The notes under the pieces were generated by a model that was not told where the DNA came from, did no database searches, and was given only the letters and a program-made list of their open reading frames with translations. A DNA stretch of 63,976 nt, counting the filler, from Candidatus Fermentibacterota bacterium (lineage in GTDB: Bacteria; JAFGKV01): NCBI GenBank assembly GCA_016928395.1. It is 8 parts of 8 records of this genome, joined end to end, with 100 filler letters (N's around TTAATTAATTAA, not from the genome) between each part and the next. Parts side by side here need not be neighbours in the genome. Positions count along the whole stretch, not along the records: positions 32,192 to 49,752 come from JAFGKV010000326.1; 7 more parts are not named here. The stretch is one strand, 5' to 3'. This document shows, one piece after another, positions 39,744-49,852 of the stretch. The translations under genes and the position numbers were made by a program. Within the stretch, counting starts at the first letter, position 1, and every line of letters begins with the position of its first letter.

Positions 39744-40001
39744 GCCTGGTTCCTTTCAGGCGGGAGGCGAGTGCCGCGGGGGAAATCCGCGGGAAAACGG
39801 AAGACAATCTCACAGAACGCTCCACGGAGCGCAAAGGGGTAAGGCGACAGAGGGGTGACAAAGTGAAGGGGCGAAGAAGTGAAAAGGGGAAGCGAGTCGA
39901 CGTGGTAAAGTGCGGGGAGCAGCGTGCAGGAAAGCCTCCGACAGGGCTCCTGCGTACGACACGGATGCCGGTCATCCATTCCTACCCTTGCGACGTTTCT
40001 C

Positions 40002-41915
40002 CTACCCTCCACGGGGGCGTTCAGGGCTTGGCTCGTCCTTCAGCTTGGGGGTCATGCCGGTCGTGACGGAGAATCTCCCTCGCAGCTCGTAAGCTATGCC
40101 TTCTTCGATGTCGACTGTCCATCCGGAGACGATCACCTGTGAAGGCCGCTCGGGTGGCAGACGCGCGCGACCGTGAAACCCACTGATGAGGCTAGTTCGC
40201 TCTCCGAAGACCGCTGCCACATCCGGTCTCGACGCACGGATGGGAAACAATGCGCACGGGCGAACCTCACCTCCCGCGGCCCGCCACGCGAGAATCACAT
40301 TGGATGCCGACGCCCTTCGGGGAGTGAGATACGCCCAGCCGGAGCATTCTACCAGGTCAGGATTGAGCTGGGTGCACCAATCCACGAATCCACACGAAGT
40401 CACGGGCTGACGCATGTCCCACGCATGTACCCCTATCAAGCCCGAATCCACCGCGGAAAAGTTGAGTAAACCCCGGCGCTTCAAGGCGTTGAATCGCCTT
40501 AGTACGTGATTATGATCTGGATACAGGAATTCCAGCGCGCCCTCGTCACGATAGATGGTGTGAAGCTGAAGTGCCAGTCGGCCATCGTGAAGGCTCTGGC
40601 TGAACCGCTTCATCCTCTTCATGGAATCGCTGGCGGCCTCGCCGTGAAAGAACAGCAGGGCCGCCGTCCACACGCCGCATGCGACTATGGCCCAGCGACG
40701 ACGGGATCGAGTGAGCCAAAGGACGACGGCCGCCGCAATTGGCAGATAGAGCGAGAAACTGACGTAGCGACTCACCCGTGCAACACCCATGCCGTCACCG
40801 ACCCGGCCGGCGGACGTGATCATCCCGCTCATGAGAGAGTAGAACCCCAGGACGATCCATGGGTAGAGCCTGAACCGGCAATTCGAACCCGCCCGGAAGG
40901 CCGACTTTAGGCCGATGACGAACGCCGCCAGGATTGAGCCCCCCATCGCCATGGCCACGCTCGTTGAATGCCTGGATCCTTCGGAAGAGAATGGTCCGCC
41001 CATCCACGTGAGGAGGAAACTCAGAGTCCGCACCGGATCCTCCAGTGTTGCGGAAAACGGTGGGCTCTGGGGTGGCGTGTGGTAGTCGTGGAAATAGAAC
41101 AGGATCGACGACGCGGCACTGATGGCGTACAGCAGCCGGGGCAGAATGAGAAGCCCAGTCCGTGACTGGTTCGGGTGCCGACGAATGCCCAGCAGTTCGA
41201 GAGGGCACAGAAGCGCCCACAGGAGCATGCCGTTGGCATACGAGTAGGTCCCCACGAACGCCGCGAGGCACGTGCCGGCCGTCTTGGGCCAGATTCGCGC
41301 ATTTGAGGCGTTCAGCAACAACCCCCACGTCAGCATGAGCGGTGGAATAAAGGCCACCATCTGGATTCCGGTGAGCCAGTTGATCCACTGGGCCGGGGAG
41401 AAGAGAAGCAGGTTGCACAGCGTGAGTAGAAAGAGGCGCTCATGCCAGGAACGCTCGGGCACTTGGCGCAGCATCAAGAACAGGTTCAGCGAAATCAACG
41501 ACGCGCACAGCAGGATGACGCAGATCTCCCACCGAACGTCAAAGCCGCTTAAGAGCCCGAGGCCCAGGATGATCAGGCGGGGGAATGGCTTCCTGCTCTC
41601 GTTGTGCTGACAGAACAGTGTTCGCCAGTCCACACCGCTGTCGAAATGCTTATCGAACACGAGGGAGATATCCCACTCATCGGCATAGGGAACATCAACC
41701 CAGTATCGTGTGACCTGGGTCATGAGTAACAACGCTGGGGAAAACGCCAGCAGGATCAGGAAAGCTTGGACGGTCCGTGATGAGACGGCCAGAACCGCTG
41801 CCCGTGAAAAGGGTACTGCCGATGCGATGTTGGAGTGTGGGCTGACCGAGGCGTGTAGCCCGCGGAGGCTGGAGCCGTGTCCCGTGCTACTGGCGAACCA
41901 CCACATGGGTCCCAC
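40002..41915 (-). CDS. Multi-TM GT-C-like glycosyltransferase, paralogue 2 (start uncertain)
   Basis: YWVDVPYADEW...QHNESRKPFPRL; about 11 TM; GR..SRY motif; periplasmic C-domain GWA...RPDVA. Confidence 0.7.
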   Translation of the reverse strand: MGPMWWFASSTGHGSSLRGLHASVSPHSNIASAVPFSRAAVLAVSSRTVQAFLILLAFSPALLLMTQVTRYWVDVPYADEWDISLVFDKHFDSGVDWRTLFCQHNESRKPFPRLIILGLGLLSGFDVRWEICVILLCASLISLNLFLMLRQVPERSWHERLFLLTLCNLLLFSPAQWINWLTGIQMVAFIPPLMLTWGLLLNASNARIWPKTAGTCLAAFVGTYSYANGMLLWALLCPLELLGIRRHPNQSRTGLLILPRLLYAISAASSILFYFHDYHTPPQSPPFSATLEDPVRTLSFLLTWMGGPFSSEGSRHSTSVAMAMGGSILAAFVIGLKSAFRAGSNCRFRLYPWIVLGFYSLMSGMITSAGRVGDGMGVARVSRYVSFSLYLPIAAAVVLWLTRSRRRWAIVACGVWTAALLFFHGEAASDSMKRMKRFSQSLHDGRLALQLHTIYRDEGALEFLYPDHNHVLRRFNALKRRGLLNFSAVDSGLIGVHAWDMRQPVTSCGFVDWCTQLNPDLVECSGWAYLTPRRASASNVILAWRAAGGEVRPCALFPIRASRPDVAAVFGERTSLISGFHGRARLPPERPSQVIVSGWTVDIEEGIAYELRGRFSVTTGMTPKLKDEPSPERPRGG

Positions 41916-43686
41916 CGATCTGATGAGTTTCCCCGCTGCACATGTCTACCGTCCAGGCGCTGATCTCTACTGGCCCAACGTTCAGAGACCGTACGTCGGC
42001 CTGCCCTGAAAACCCGCACTGACGGAGATCCGGCTCACCCAGTAACTCGGCCACGTCGGGTCGGGGCAACCCGACCTGTCGAATGGCGAATGGCCGGGAG
42101 ACGCCTCGCCAGTTTGTGGCCACCAGGACCACGTTTGAGCCCGGAGCATGCCGCAAGGGGTTCCTCACCCATCCCCAGAATCGCAGCTGGTCGTGGGACA
42201 CCAACGCGCATCTATCGAAACAACCCCATGCAGGATCGCCCTGATCGAGCCGCTGGCGGTCCTTCCACCGCAGGGTCGGGGTGGGGGCATCGACATCTAA
42301 CAACCCCATGGTACGCAGCTGTCCATACCGCCGGAGCACGAACGATGCGTTCGGGTGGAGCAGGACCAGCCGGCCGGTGTCGGGATAGACCGTGTGAAGT
42401 GCCAGAGCCAGCCTCCCTTCCAGGAGACCGACAGTGAAGTTCTCGATGGCTCGGCGCGAGGCGTCGACTGCGCGAATGTGGAGAAACGCCAGCAGGGCGC
42501 CCCCAGCGACACAGCCGGCCACTCCTACGAGCGAACGGCCACTCCTCCGCGGCAGTGCCCCTACCACGAGGGGCAACATTCCACCAATGGCGACGAGCAC
42601 GTACAGGGAGAACGAGGTGTAGCGGCTGTCCGCGGCCTGGTGAATGCCGAGGCCCATCCGGCCTATCGTGGTGATGACCCCGCTGACGACCGAGTACAGC
42701 CCCAGCACGATCCATGGATACGAAGCGCCCACGGCCTTGCGTCTCCTGGCGATGGCGACGCAGGCGATGAACAGCCCCAGCACGACGACGCCGCACGCGG
42801 CCCGTACATCCGCCGTGAAGGTCGTCCCCTTCGGCACCACTACGCTGCCGTGCCACGCAAGGAAGTAGTGAAGAGCATCGAGGGGGCGCTCCAGCACCAG
42901 GCGCATCGACGGCTTCCCTGGCGGCCGGTGGTAGTCGTGAAAGTACAGAATCATCGTCGAGGCCCAGGTCAGCGCATACCATGCCCGCGCCATCCAGAGG
43001 TGGCCAAGATGGAAACGGGGCGCCTGCTGACGCCGAATCCCTACCAGATCCAAAGGGAGCAGGAGTATCCACAGCAGCATGCCGTTGGCATAGGAGAACG
43101 TGGCAATAAAGGAAAGCAGACTGACCAAGATGGCCTTGCGCCACGCAGGCAGCGCGGAGGACGTGATGAGAAGGCCGGCCGTCAGCATCAGTGGGGGGAT
43201 GAAGACCACCAATTGGATGCCCCACAGCCAGTTGTTCCACTGCACTGGTGAGAACAGAACGATATTGAGAACGGCCCAGATGCCCAGTCGCCATCCCAGG
43301 CCGAGACTCCGCTGCTTCCTCAAGAGAAGAAGAAGGTTCAGGGAGACCAGGCCCACGACCGCCATGGAAAGCGCCATCTCCCATCTGACGTCCCATCCGC
43401 TAAGAAGCCCAAGACCGAGGAAGATCAGCCGCGGGAACACCTTGCGGCTCTCGTTGTGCTGGGTCAGAAGCTTCCCAAAGCTGAGGGTGTCATCATGATG
43501 CCACAGGAATACCTGTGAGATGCCCCACTGGTCCATGTTGGGGACATTCACCCAGTAGGTGGTAACCATTCGGACGAGATAGCCGGCCGGGGCCAGCGCC
43601 GCGGCCACCAGGAGAATCCGCGCTGCCGTGCGAGTCACGCCGCCTAGCCTTCGCGGCAGCCCGAACCCGGGGATCACCACGCGCAA
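41887..43686 (-). CDS. Multi-TM GT-C-like glycosyltransferase, paralogue 1
   Basis: YWVNVPNMDQW...QHNESRKVFPRL; same architecture as its neighbour. Confidence 0.7.
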   Translation of the reverse strand: MRVVIPGFGLPRRLGGVTRTAARILLVAAALAPAGYLVRMVTTYWVNVPNMDQWGISQVFLWHHDDTLSFGKLLTQHNESRKVFPRLIFLGLGLLSGWDVRWEMALSMAVVGLVSLNLLLLLRKQRSLGLGWRLGIWAVLNIVLFSPVQWNNWLWGIQLVVFIPPLMLTAGLLITSSALPAWRKAILVSLLSFIATFSYANGMLLWILLLPLDLVGIRRQQAPRFHLGHLWMARAWYALTWASTMILYFHDYHRPPGKPSMRLVLERPLDALHYFLAWHGSVVVPKGTTFTADVRAACGVVVLGLFIACVAIARRRKAVGASYPWIVLGLYSVVSGVITTIGRMGLGIHQAADSRYTSFSLYVLVAIGGMLPLVVGALPRRSGRSLVGVAGCVAGGALLAFLHIRAVDASRRAIENFTVGLLEGRLALALHTVYPDTGRLVLLHPNASFVLRRYGQLRTMGLLDVDAPTPTLRWKDRQRLDQGDPAWGCFDRCALVSHDQLRFWGWVRNPLRHAPGSNVVLVATNWRGVSRPFAIRQVGLPRPDVAELLGEPDLRQCGFSGQADVRSLNVGPVEISAWTVDMCSGETHQIGGTHVVVRQ

Positions 43687-43776
43687 AGGGCAGCCCTTCC
43701 GCGCACGTCAAGGCTCTCCGCGTCGCCCCGACCCTTCCCCTCACGTCCCGACACCGCCGGCCGCACCCCGCGAAAG

Positions 43777-44712
43777 TCAGCCGTCCCGGGTGAACCTTGA
43801 CGCGGCGATCTGCCGCGACAGGCTCGCCACCAGGAAAAGGACAAGGCAGATGGTGAGCAGTTGAAGAGCCAGCATGGCCGCTCCAAAGGCAATGGTGGTC
43901 GCCCAGTTGGGAAACGCGTAGACGGGCACGCACAGCCGCAGGAACGACGAGGTCAGTGCCAGGAGTATGCCAAGGGTCGCGGGCACGAGAGAGAAGGTCG
44001 CGACGCGCAGGGCGATGGTGTTGAGATGCGGGAGAGACGATCGGAGGGCGTGATCGAACAGGCCTTGGGCGCCGACCCGTGATCGATCGTGGGCGCGGGC
44101 GCGCCGGGGCACGGGCACGCGGGCGATAGTTCCCAGTTTGGGAAGGGCCATGCTGTAGGTCACGTGAAAGAACGGCGAGCGAGCAATCTGATCGGCCATA
44201 ACCTGGCTGAAGGCGGCGAAGTTGCCAAAGTCGGGCGTCACTCCGGTAAGAACGCGAAACAGCCGTTTGTACAGCGCGTACATGGAGCGGAACAGACGAC
44301 CTTCGGGCCGCCTTCCCGTGCGCTGCGCCACCGCGATGCTCCCGCCCCGGGCGCAGTCGATAAGCTCCGCTATGGCCGCCGGATCATCCTGCCCATCGGC
44401 ATCCATGGTCACGACATAGTCTGCACGGAATCGACGAACCTGTTCGCGTATGCCGTACACGATCGCCTCCTGGGAGCCCATATTGTGCGGGGCGTCCAAC
44501 ACCTGCGCGCTGTGAAGGCGCGCCACCTCCTCCAGGTGGGGATCGGGTACGCCGAGATCGTTGACGATGAGCGTGGTCAGCGCCCATCGCCCTGGCGGGA
44601 GCGCCTCGGCCAGCTCGGGAAGCATCTCGCTCAGCGTCTCTGCCTCTCCATAGCTCGGCATCACAATGGTCAGTCGAACAGCGGCATCGGCGTGCATGAG
44701 AACACCCCTCAT
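43777..44712 (-). CDS. GT2 polyprenyl-phosphate glycosyltransferase (GtrB-like)
   Basis: IVMPSYGE, VND, N.GSQ.AI, VTMDADGQDDP, two C-terminal TM helices. Confidence 0.85.
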   Translation of the reverse strand: MRGVLMHADAAVRLTIVMPSYGEAETLSEMLPELAEALPPGRWALTTLIVNDLGVPDPHLEEVARLHSAQVLDAPHNMGSQEAIVYGIREQVRRFRADYVVTMDADGQDDPAAIAELIDCARGGSIAVAQRTGRRPEGRLFRSMYALYKRLFRVLTGVTPDFGNFAAFSQVMADQIARSPFFHVTYSMALPKLGTIARVPVPRRARAHDRSRVGAQGLFDHALRSSLPHLNTIALRVATFSLVPATLGILLALTSSFLRLCVPVYAFPNWATTIAFGAAMLALQLLTICLVLFLVASLSRQIAASRFTRDG

Positions 44713-44739
44713 CCGGGATCCCTATGCATGACACATATG

Positions 44740-44759
44740 CTATTCTAATATTAGAATAG
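44740..44759. promoter_or_regulatory. Perfect 20-bp AT-rich palindrome upstream of GT2 (operator candidate or family C repeat core)
   Basis: ctattctaatattagaatag, about 28 bp upstream of the GT2 start; same core at 1985-2004. Confidence 0.45.
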
Positions 44760-45062
44760 TCATGCGGCCTACCCACGACCGCACAAGTGGCCCAATTACT
44801 CAGGGATTCGGCCCCACGCAAGCCTGTGCACACTGCGGTGCCTCCCCCTCATCCCACACCAGATGAGCAATGGCATGAATGGGGATGGTGGCGTCGAGGC
44901 TCTGAATTCTGACTGCAGCCAGCTTCTAACCCGATTCCTCTCTTTGCGCAGTGACCCTATCAGTTCTCCGTGGCTCTGAGTGAAGTGGTCTTCCTCTGCG
45001 CTCTTGGTAATAGCGCCGCTCGAAGACCGTTCAGGCCTGCAAGGGGATGCCTGAGCCGGCCA

Positions 45063-46520
45063 TCACCAGTGCCGGTCCAGCCGTCGCAGGAACTCCTGCA
45101 TGATGAGCTCGTAGAGCTTGTCTTTCAGGGCTCGATCCTCGACGCCGTGATCGATGCTGGGATTATCGTTGATCTCGATCACGAACACGCCCCGATCCGT
45201 CTGCTTCAGATCGACACCATACAATCCGTCGCCGATCAACGCGGCTGCCTTGACCGCCGTGTTGACGACCTCAGGAGGGGCATCGTCAACCGCGAACGTC
45301 TCAAATCCGCCGAAGCGTGCCGATCCGTCCGGACCATGACTCACGATCTGCCAGTGGTGGCGGGCCATGTGATACTGGCAGACGAACAGGGCCTTGCCGT
45401 TCAGCACCCCCACACGCCAGTCAAACTGCGTATACATGAACTCCTGCGCGAGGATCAGGTCGGAGTCATCAAGGAGTCGCGAGGCAACCTCCTCAAACTG
45501 GCTCCGAGATTCCACCTTGTGGACCCCGCGGGAGAACGATCCATCAGGGATCTTGAGAATGAGGGGAAGCGGCAACTCATCCAACACCCGGGGTAGGTGG
45601 CGGCGGCTCACCACCAGGGTCTTGGGCGTCGGTATGCCGCGGCGACGCAGCAGCTCGGCCAGGTAGACCTTGTTGGTGCAGCGCATAATCGAGGCCGGAT
45701 CATCGATGACCACCAGGCCCTCCCGTTCCGCCCGCTGCGCGAACTGGTAGGTGTGATCGGTGAGACCGGTGGTTTCCCTGATGAACAAGGCGTCATACTC
45801 CGCCAAGCGGGAGAGATCCTTCCGCTGCACCAGCTCCACGCCGAGCCCCATCGACTCCCCCGCCCGGATGAACCTGCGCAACGCCTGCTCGTTGGAGGGG
45901 GGCAACGGCGCCTTGGGATCGTGGAGGATCGCCAGCATGTGCCGCGGTGTCGGTTCCTTCCGGGGTGACGACCAATCGGCCCGGACGAATTCCCGGAGCC
46001 GCTCCTCGAACAGATTCTCTAGATCCTCCGGAAGCTGATCGATGTCCAGGATACGAATGGACCTGATCCGGTGGGCTTCGCTCCTATGCACATCGACGCG
46101 GAGGATGGGCGCCCTGAAGAGCTCATAGACCCGGCGACCAAAACGCTGAAACTGCGGCATGTCCGAGTGGCCGAAGAAAATGTGGATGCCGAATCGAGGG
46201 CGTGGGGGCTCCTGCCGCCGGCAGGCGGCTGCCAGCACGGCCTCCAGGTCACCCAGCAGCGGTGCGTACAGGCGCTTTGTGCGCAGCTCCAGGAGCGTTC
46301 GCACCGAGGGGATTACCCGGTGCTGCCGTGCCTCAGCCAGGAGAGAGCAGTAGTACGCGTGCCCCAGATACTCGTAGTTGCGCCCAAGGTTCACGATCCT
46401 GGTCTTGGGCGGAAACATCGTGGGGTTGTCCAAGTAGTGACGGGCGGTGATCACTTGGAAGGGAGATGCAGCCCACTTGAAGTCCTTCATGAAGCGCACA
46501 ATGATAGCCGAGCCGTGCAC
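45063..46520 (-). CDS. RimK-like ATP-grasp ligase with N-terminal RLAN domain
   Basis: NL.R.Y.YLG..YYCSLLAEAR.H.VIPS (RLAN); CTNKVYL, KIPDGSFSRGV, DWRVGVL, YGVDLK, VIEINDNP. Confidence 0.92.
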   Translation of the reverse strand: MHGSAIIVRFMKDFKWAASPFQVITARHYLDNPTMFPPKTRIVNLGRNYEYLGHAYYCSLLAEARQHRVIPSVRTLLELRTKRLYAPLLGDLEAVLAAACRRQEPPRPRFGIHIFFGHSDMPQFQRFGRRVYELFRAPILRVDVHRSEAHRIRSIRILDIDQLPEDLENLFEERLREFVRADWSSPRKEPTPRHMLAILHDPKAPLPPSNEQALRRFIRAGESMGLGVELVQRKDLSRLAEYDALFIRETTGLTDHTYQFAQRAEREGLVVIDDPASIMRCTNKVYLAELLRRRGIPTPKTLVVSRRHLPRVLDELPLPLILKIPDGSFSRGVHKVESRSQFEEVASRLLDDSDLILAQEFMYTQFDWRVGVLNGKALFVCQYHMARHHWQIVSHGPDGSARFGGFETFAVDDAPPEVVNTAVKAAALIGDGLYGVDLKQTDRGVFVIEINDNPSIDHGVEDRALKDKLYELIMQEFLRRLDRHW

Positions 46521-46522
46521 GG

Positions 46523-47665
46523 TCAGGTGTTCCGCTTTCTAATCACGATGGCGGCCCGAAGCTGGCTCTTCCCGTAGCGGGACATCCGTTCGAACTCCTT
46601 CCTTAGAATTGGCAGATTGATGCTATCGGTAATGCTCTGACCCTCGTCTACATCCACAAAGGGATCGTGCGCATACACGAACCGTTCATCAAACCCGGTT
46701 ACCACGATCCAGTGGGGATTCTTCTCCCGGTAGATCCGGTAGGAACTTATCAAGACCAACGGTATCGCCCCCTTGGCGTGGGAGGACTGCAGATCGTCCA
46801 CGGTCAATCGAGCATGGAACAGCCGTATGGACGTGTGCGAGATCTCTTCCACGAATTCCTGATGCACCAGCTCCATGACTTCCTTCTTCTTGGGATCACG
46901 GACCCCGTCAAGGAACAGGGGACCTGCATCATTCAGGTAGAGATCCACGTCGAACCCGCGGTACCATGCCGCCAGGGCGAGACCATGGGGGCTGCTTCCC
47001 CCCAGGCCCGAGGTCATGAAAATGGTGGTTGCTTCCCTCCAGATCCTGAATTCCAGCATTCGATTCAGCTCCATACCAGGATCAAGGGTCTTCATGGCCA
47101 TCATCAGCGCCGCCGGCCCGCAGGTGAAGTAGCTGCTCTGGCAGTAGTAGGGAATCAAGGCATCCTTAGGCCTGGAGGCAGGGCTCAGACGCTTCTCCAT
47201 CCTGAGGGCGGGGGAGTGATCCTCGTAGTAGTCGGCGATCTCCCCGATATCACGATAGCCAGCTTCTCGATAGATGGCGATGGCACGCTGGTTGTCTTTA
47301 CGGACCTCCAGGCGAAGAAAGGCGCACTCCTGGTCGCGGGCGGACTCTTCGGCGGCTTCCAGCAATCTCCTCGCCAGGCCATGCCCGCGCCACGCAGGGT
47401 CGACGGCGAGGGAATAGAGCCTGGCCAATGAAGCACCTGAACGGAACAGCAGGAGCACGTAGCCGACCAGTGCGGACCCGCGCTCTATGACCAGACAGGA
47501 AGAATGCCCTCTCGTGAGCAAGTGATGGAAGTGACGGGCCGTGAGTTGGTCACTGCTGAAACTGAGCATCTCCAGGCGCACCAGCTCGGGGATATCATTC
47601 AGCACTGCCGGGCGCAGCGCGAAGAGCGGCGCAGGGGGCGTGCCGGTAGAATTGTCACTGGTCAT
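46523..47665 (-). CDS. GNAT (RimI-like) fused to peptidase C39-like (DUF3335) domain
   Basis: LYSLAVDP..RGHGLA, LEVR.DN..AI..Y; Q...TCGPAAL, IWREATTIFMTSG, PHWIVVTGFD..HDP. Confidence 0.9.
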   Translation of the reverse strand: MTSDNSTGTPPAPLFALRPAVLNDIPELVRLEMLSFSSDQLTARHFHHLLTRGHSSCLVIERGSALVGYVLLLFRSGASLARLYSLAVDPAWRGHGLARRLLEAAEESARDQECAFLRLEVRKDNQRAIAIYREAGYRDIGEIADYYEDHSPALRMEKRLSPASRPKDALIPYYCQSSYFTCGPAALMMAMKTLDPGMELNRMLEFRIWREATTIFMTSGLGGSSPHGLALAAWYRGFDVDLYLNDAGPLFLDGVRDPKKKEVMELVHQEFVEEISHTSIRLFHARLTVDDLQSSHAKGAIPLVLISSYRIYREKNPHWIVVTGFDERFVYAHDPFVDVDEGQSITDSINLPILRKEFERMSRYGKSQLRAAIVIRKRNT

Positions 47666-48643
47666 CTGTTCCCTCGGATCCTGCGGGAGAATCACCGGGG
47701 TATCCAGTTCCCGCGCTTGACGCCAGGGACGACGCCGGATGAGCTTTGCATATTCGCATCACTGCCCTCTTCTCCGAATCTCCGGCGCTGACCACTCAAG
47801 AGCCGCGCACTGCCGGCCATCTCACCAGGCCTCCGGACCAATCCCCGCGGTACAGCTCGCAGTGCCAGGCCGGATCCTCCGTGCGGTCACGTTTCATTGC
47901 ACGCGACTTGTCCCGGAGTCAGGCGTGCACATCGTCGAAGAAGCCGTGGAGCCCGCCGCGCCGCAAGGCGTCTCGTGTGTGCTGCCGAGTGGCCCGCGTC
48001 GCACTCAGTGCGCGGCACGTGCGGTCACTGAGTGCTGGATCTCACTCTCCTCGGGGATGAGGGATCGCTCCTCGCGCAGGCGACAGGGTTCGGGGTGGAA
48101 CGATGAATGGACGAATGGATGGGTGGATGGGTGGATGGGCGAATGAATGATTGGATGAATGGATGATTGGATGGGTGGAGTAGTGAGGAGATGGCCCGGA
48201 CTGGCTAGTGCATACTGCCGACTGGCTAAGCCCATTTTCTCGTCACTCTCCCGCCTTCCTTCGTGCCCTCCATGCCCTTCGTGGTGAGATTGCTGCATTT
48301 GCGTGCTTTGCGGCTTTGCGTGAGATCCCCGGCTTCCTCTGTGACCTCGTGTCGTCTGCGGTGAGCTTCGCTCGCAGTTGCCAGTTCTTAGTTCCGGATT
48401 GCCGCGTCATCTCCTCACTCCTATCTCCTCACCTATCGAGGCGGCTTTGCGTGAGATTCCCGTTTCGGATTTCCCGCGCAGCGGGCTGAGCGGCTCCCCT
48501 CTTCGCCTCTTTACCTCTTCACCCCTCACCTGCGGTTGCGGGGGCCTGGGGGAGAGCTTTCGGGCAGATCGCGCGGTTGCGCAGTACCTTGCTGCGTGCG
48601 CTGGCCTGGACGGCGCACCGGTCACCGACCCGAGGACATGCCC

Positions 48644-49669
48644 ATGAGAAAAGCCCTGCTTCCCATAGTCGTGCTCCCCCTCATGCTCTTCTGCCGCTCC
48701 CCGCGCCATGCGGATGCCGAGACCGGGGAGCATGACGGAGTGGCCGGAGCGCCGGAGGGCGTGCAGGCAGCCAGCCCCGAACAACCTTGCGCCCCAGAGC
48801 CAGAGGACTGGGACGCCCGCTGGATCGTGGAACCACAGGCAGCGGAATCTTCGACGCCCAACTCCTGGTTCTGCTTTCGAACACGCGGCACTCTCCGTGC
48901 CAGGCCCCATCTGGCGCGAGCCCGCATTGCAGCCGACTCCAAGTACTGGCTCTGGATCAACGGGAGGCTCATCGTATTCGAGGGCGCCCTGAAACGCGGG
49001 CCAACGCCCCACGACACCTACTACGACGAGATCCCTCTCCGAGACCACCTCGTGCGTGGGGAGAACACCATCGCCATTCTCCTCTGGTTCTTCGGAAAAG
49101 ACGGCTTCTCTCACAAGAGCAGCGGCATGCCGGGCCTGCTGTTCCAGGCCGAGATCGACGATACAACGCTGGTCAGCGACCGCACATGGCGTGCCATGAG
49201 GCACCCGAGCTACTCCGATACCGAGGCACCCCATCCGAACTACCGGCTCTCCGAATCCAATGTGCGATTCGACGCACGATCCGACATGCCTTCGTGGACA
49301 GGTATTGATTTCGACGACTCGGCATGGCCGCAGGCTGCCGAAGCGGGGCGTCCGCCAACCCCTCCATGGAACCTCTTGATCCCGCGGCCCACGCCGCTAT
49401 GGGAGTTCTCAGAGATACGCGACTACGTGAATGAAAATGAGTTTCCCCGATTTTCGGATGGGGAACGAATCGCCGCCAGACTGCCCCACAACATGGCCGT
49501 CACTCCTTATGTGGAGGTCGACGCCCGCGAAGGCCAGGTCATTCGACTCCGTACAGACAGCTATGGACACCACGACAAGAGCTTCAACATCCGCGCTGAG
49601 TACATCACTAGGCCGGGGCTTCAGCAGTACGAGGCCCTGGCGTACATGACCGGTCACGAAGTCTACTAT
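48644..49669 (+). pseudogene. GH78 alpha-L-rhamnosidase-like gene, N-terminal part, interrupted by an IS
   Basis: ARIAADSKYWLWING...EGALKRGP...GENTIAILLWFFGK, FDAR..W..FDDSAW; frame runs directly into the 83-bp IS end. Confidence 0.75.
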
Positions 49670-49752
49670 CCCGGATATTTCACCAGGGAGAGCTGAGACG
49701 GGGCTGAAGCCATTGGGGAGAAAGGGATTAGGGGCAGTCGAGCGGTAGGGCA
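49670..49752. mobile_element. IS terminus identical to 32009-32091
   Basis: 83-bp exact repeat at a contig end. Confidence 0.75.
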
Positions 49753-49852
49753 NNNNNNNNNNNNNNNNNNNNNNNNNNNNNNNNNNNNNNNNNNNNTTAA
49801 TTAATTAANNNNNNNNNNNNNNNNNNNNNNNNNNNNNNNNNNNNNNNNNNNN

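Noticed and set aside
40002-43686. Diversity-generating retroelement TR/VR pair from the repeated sequence in the two GT-C genes
   Set aside because: Similarity is protein-level paralogy over the whole genes, not adenine-specific; no reverse transcriptase in the window.
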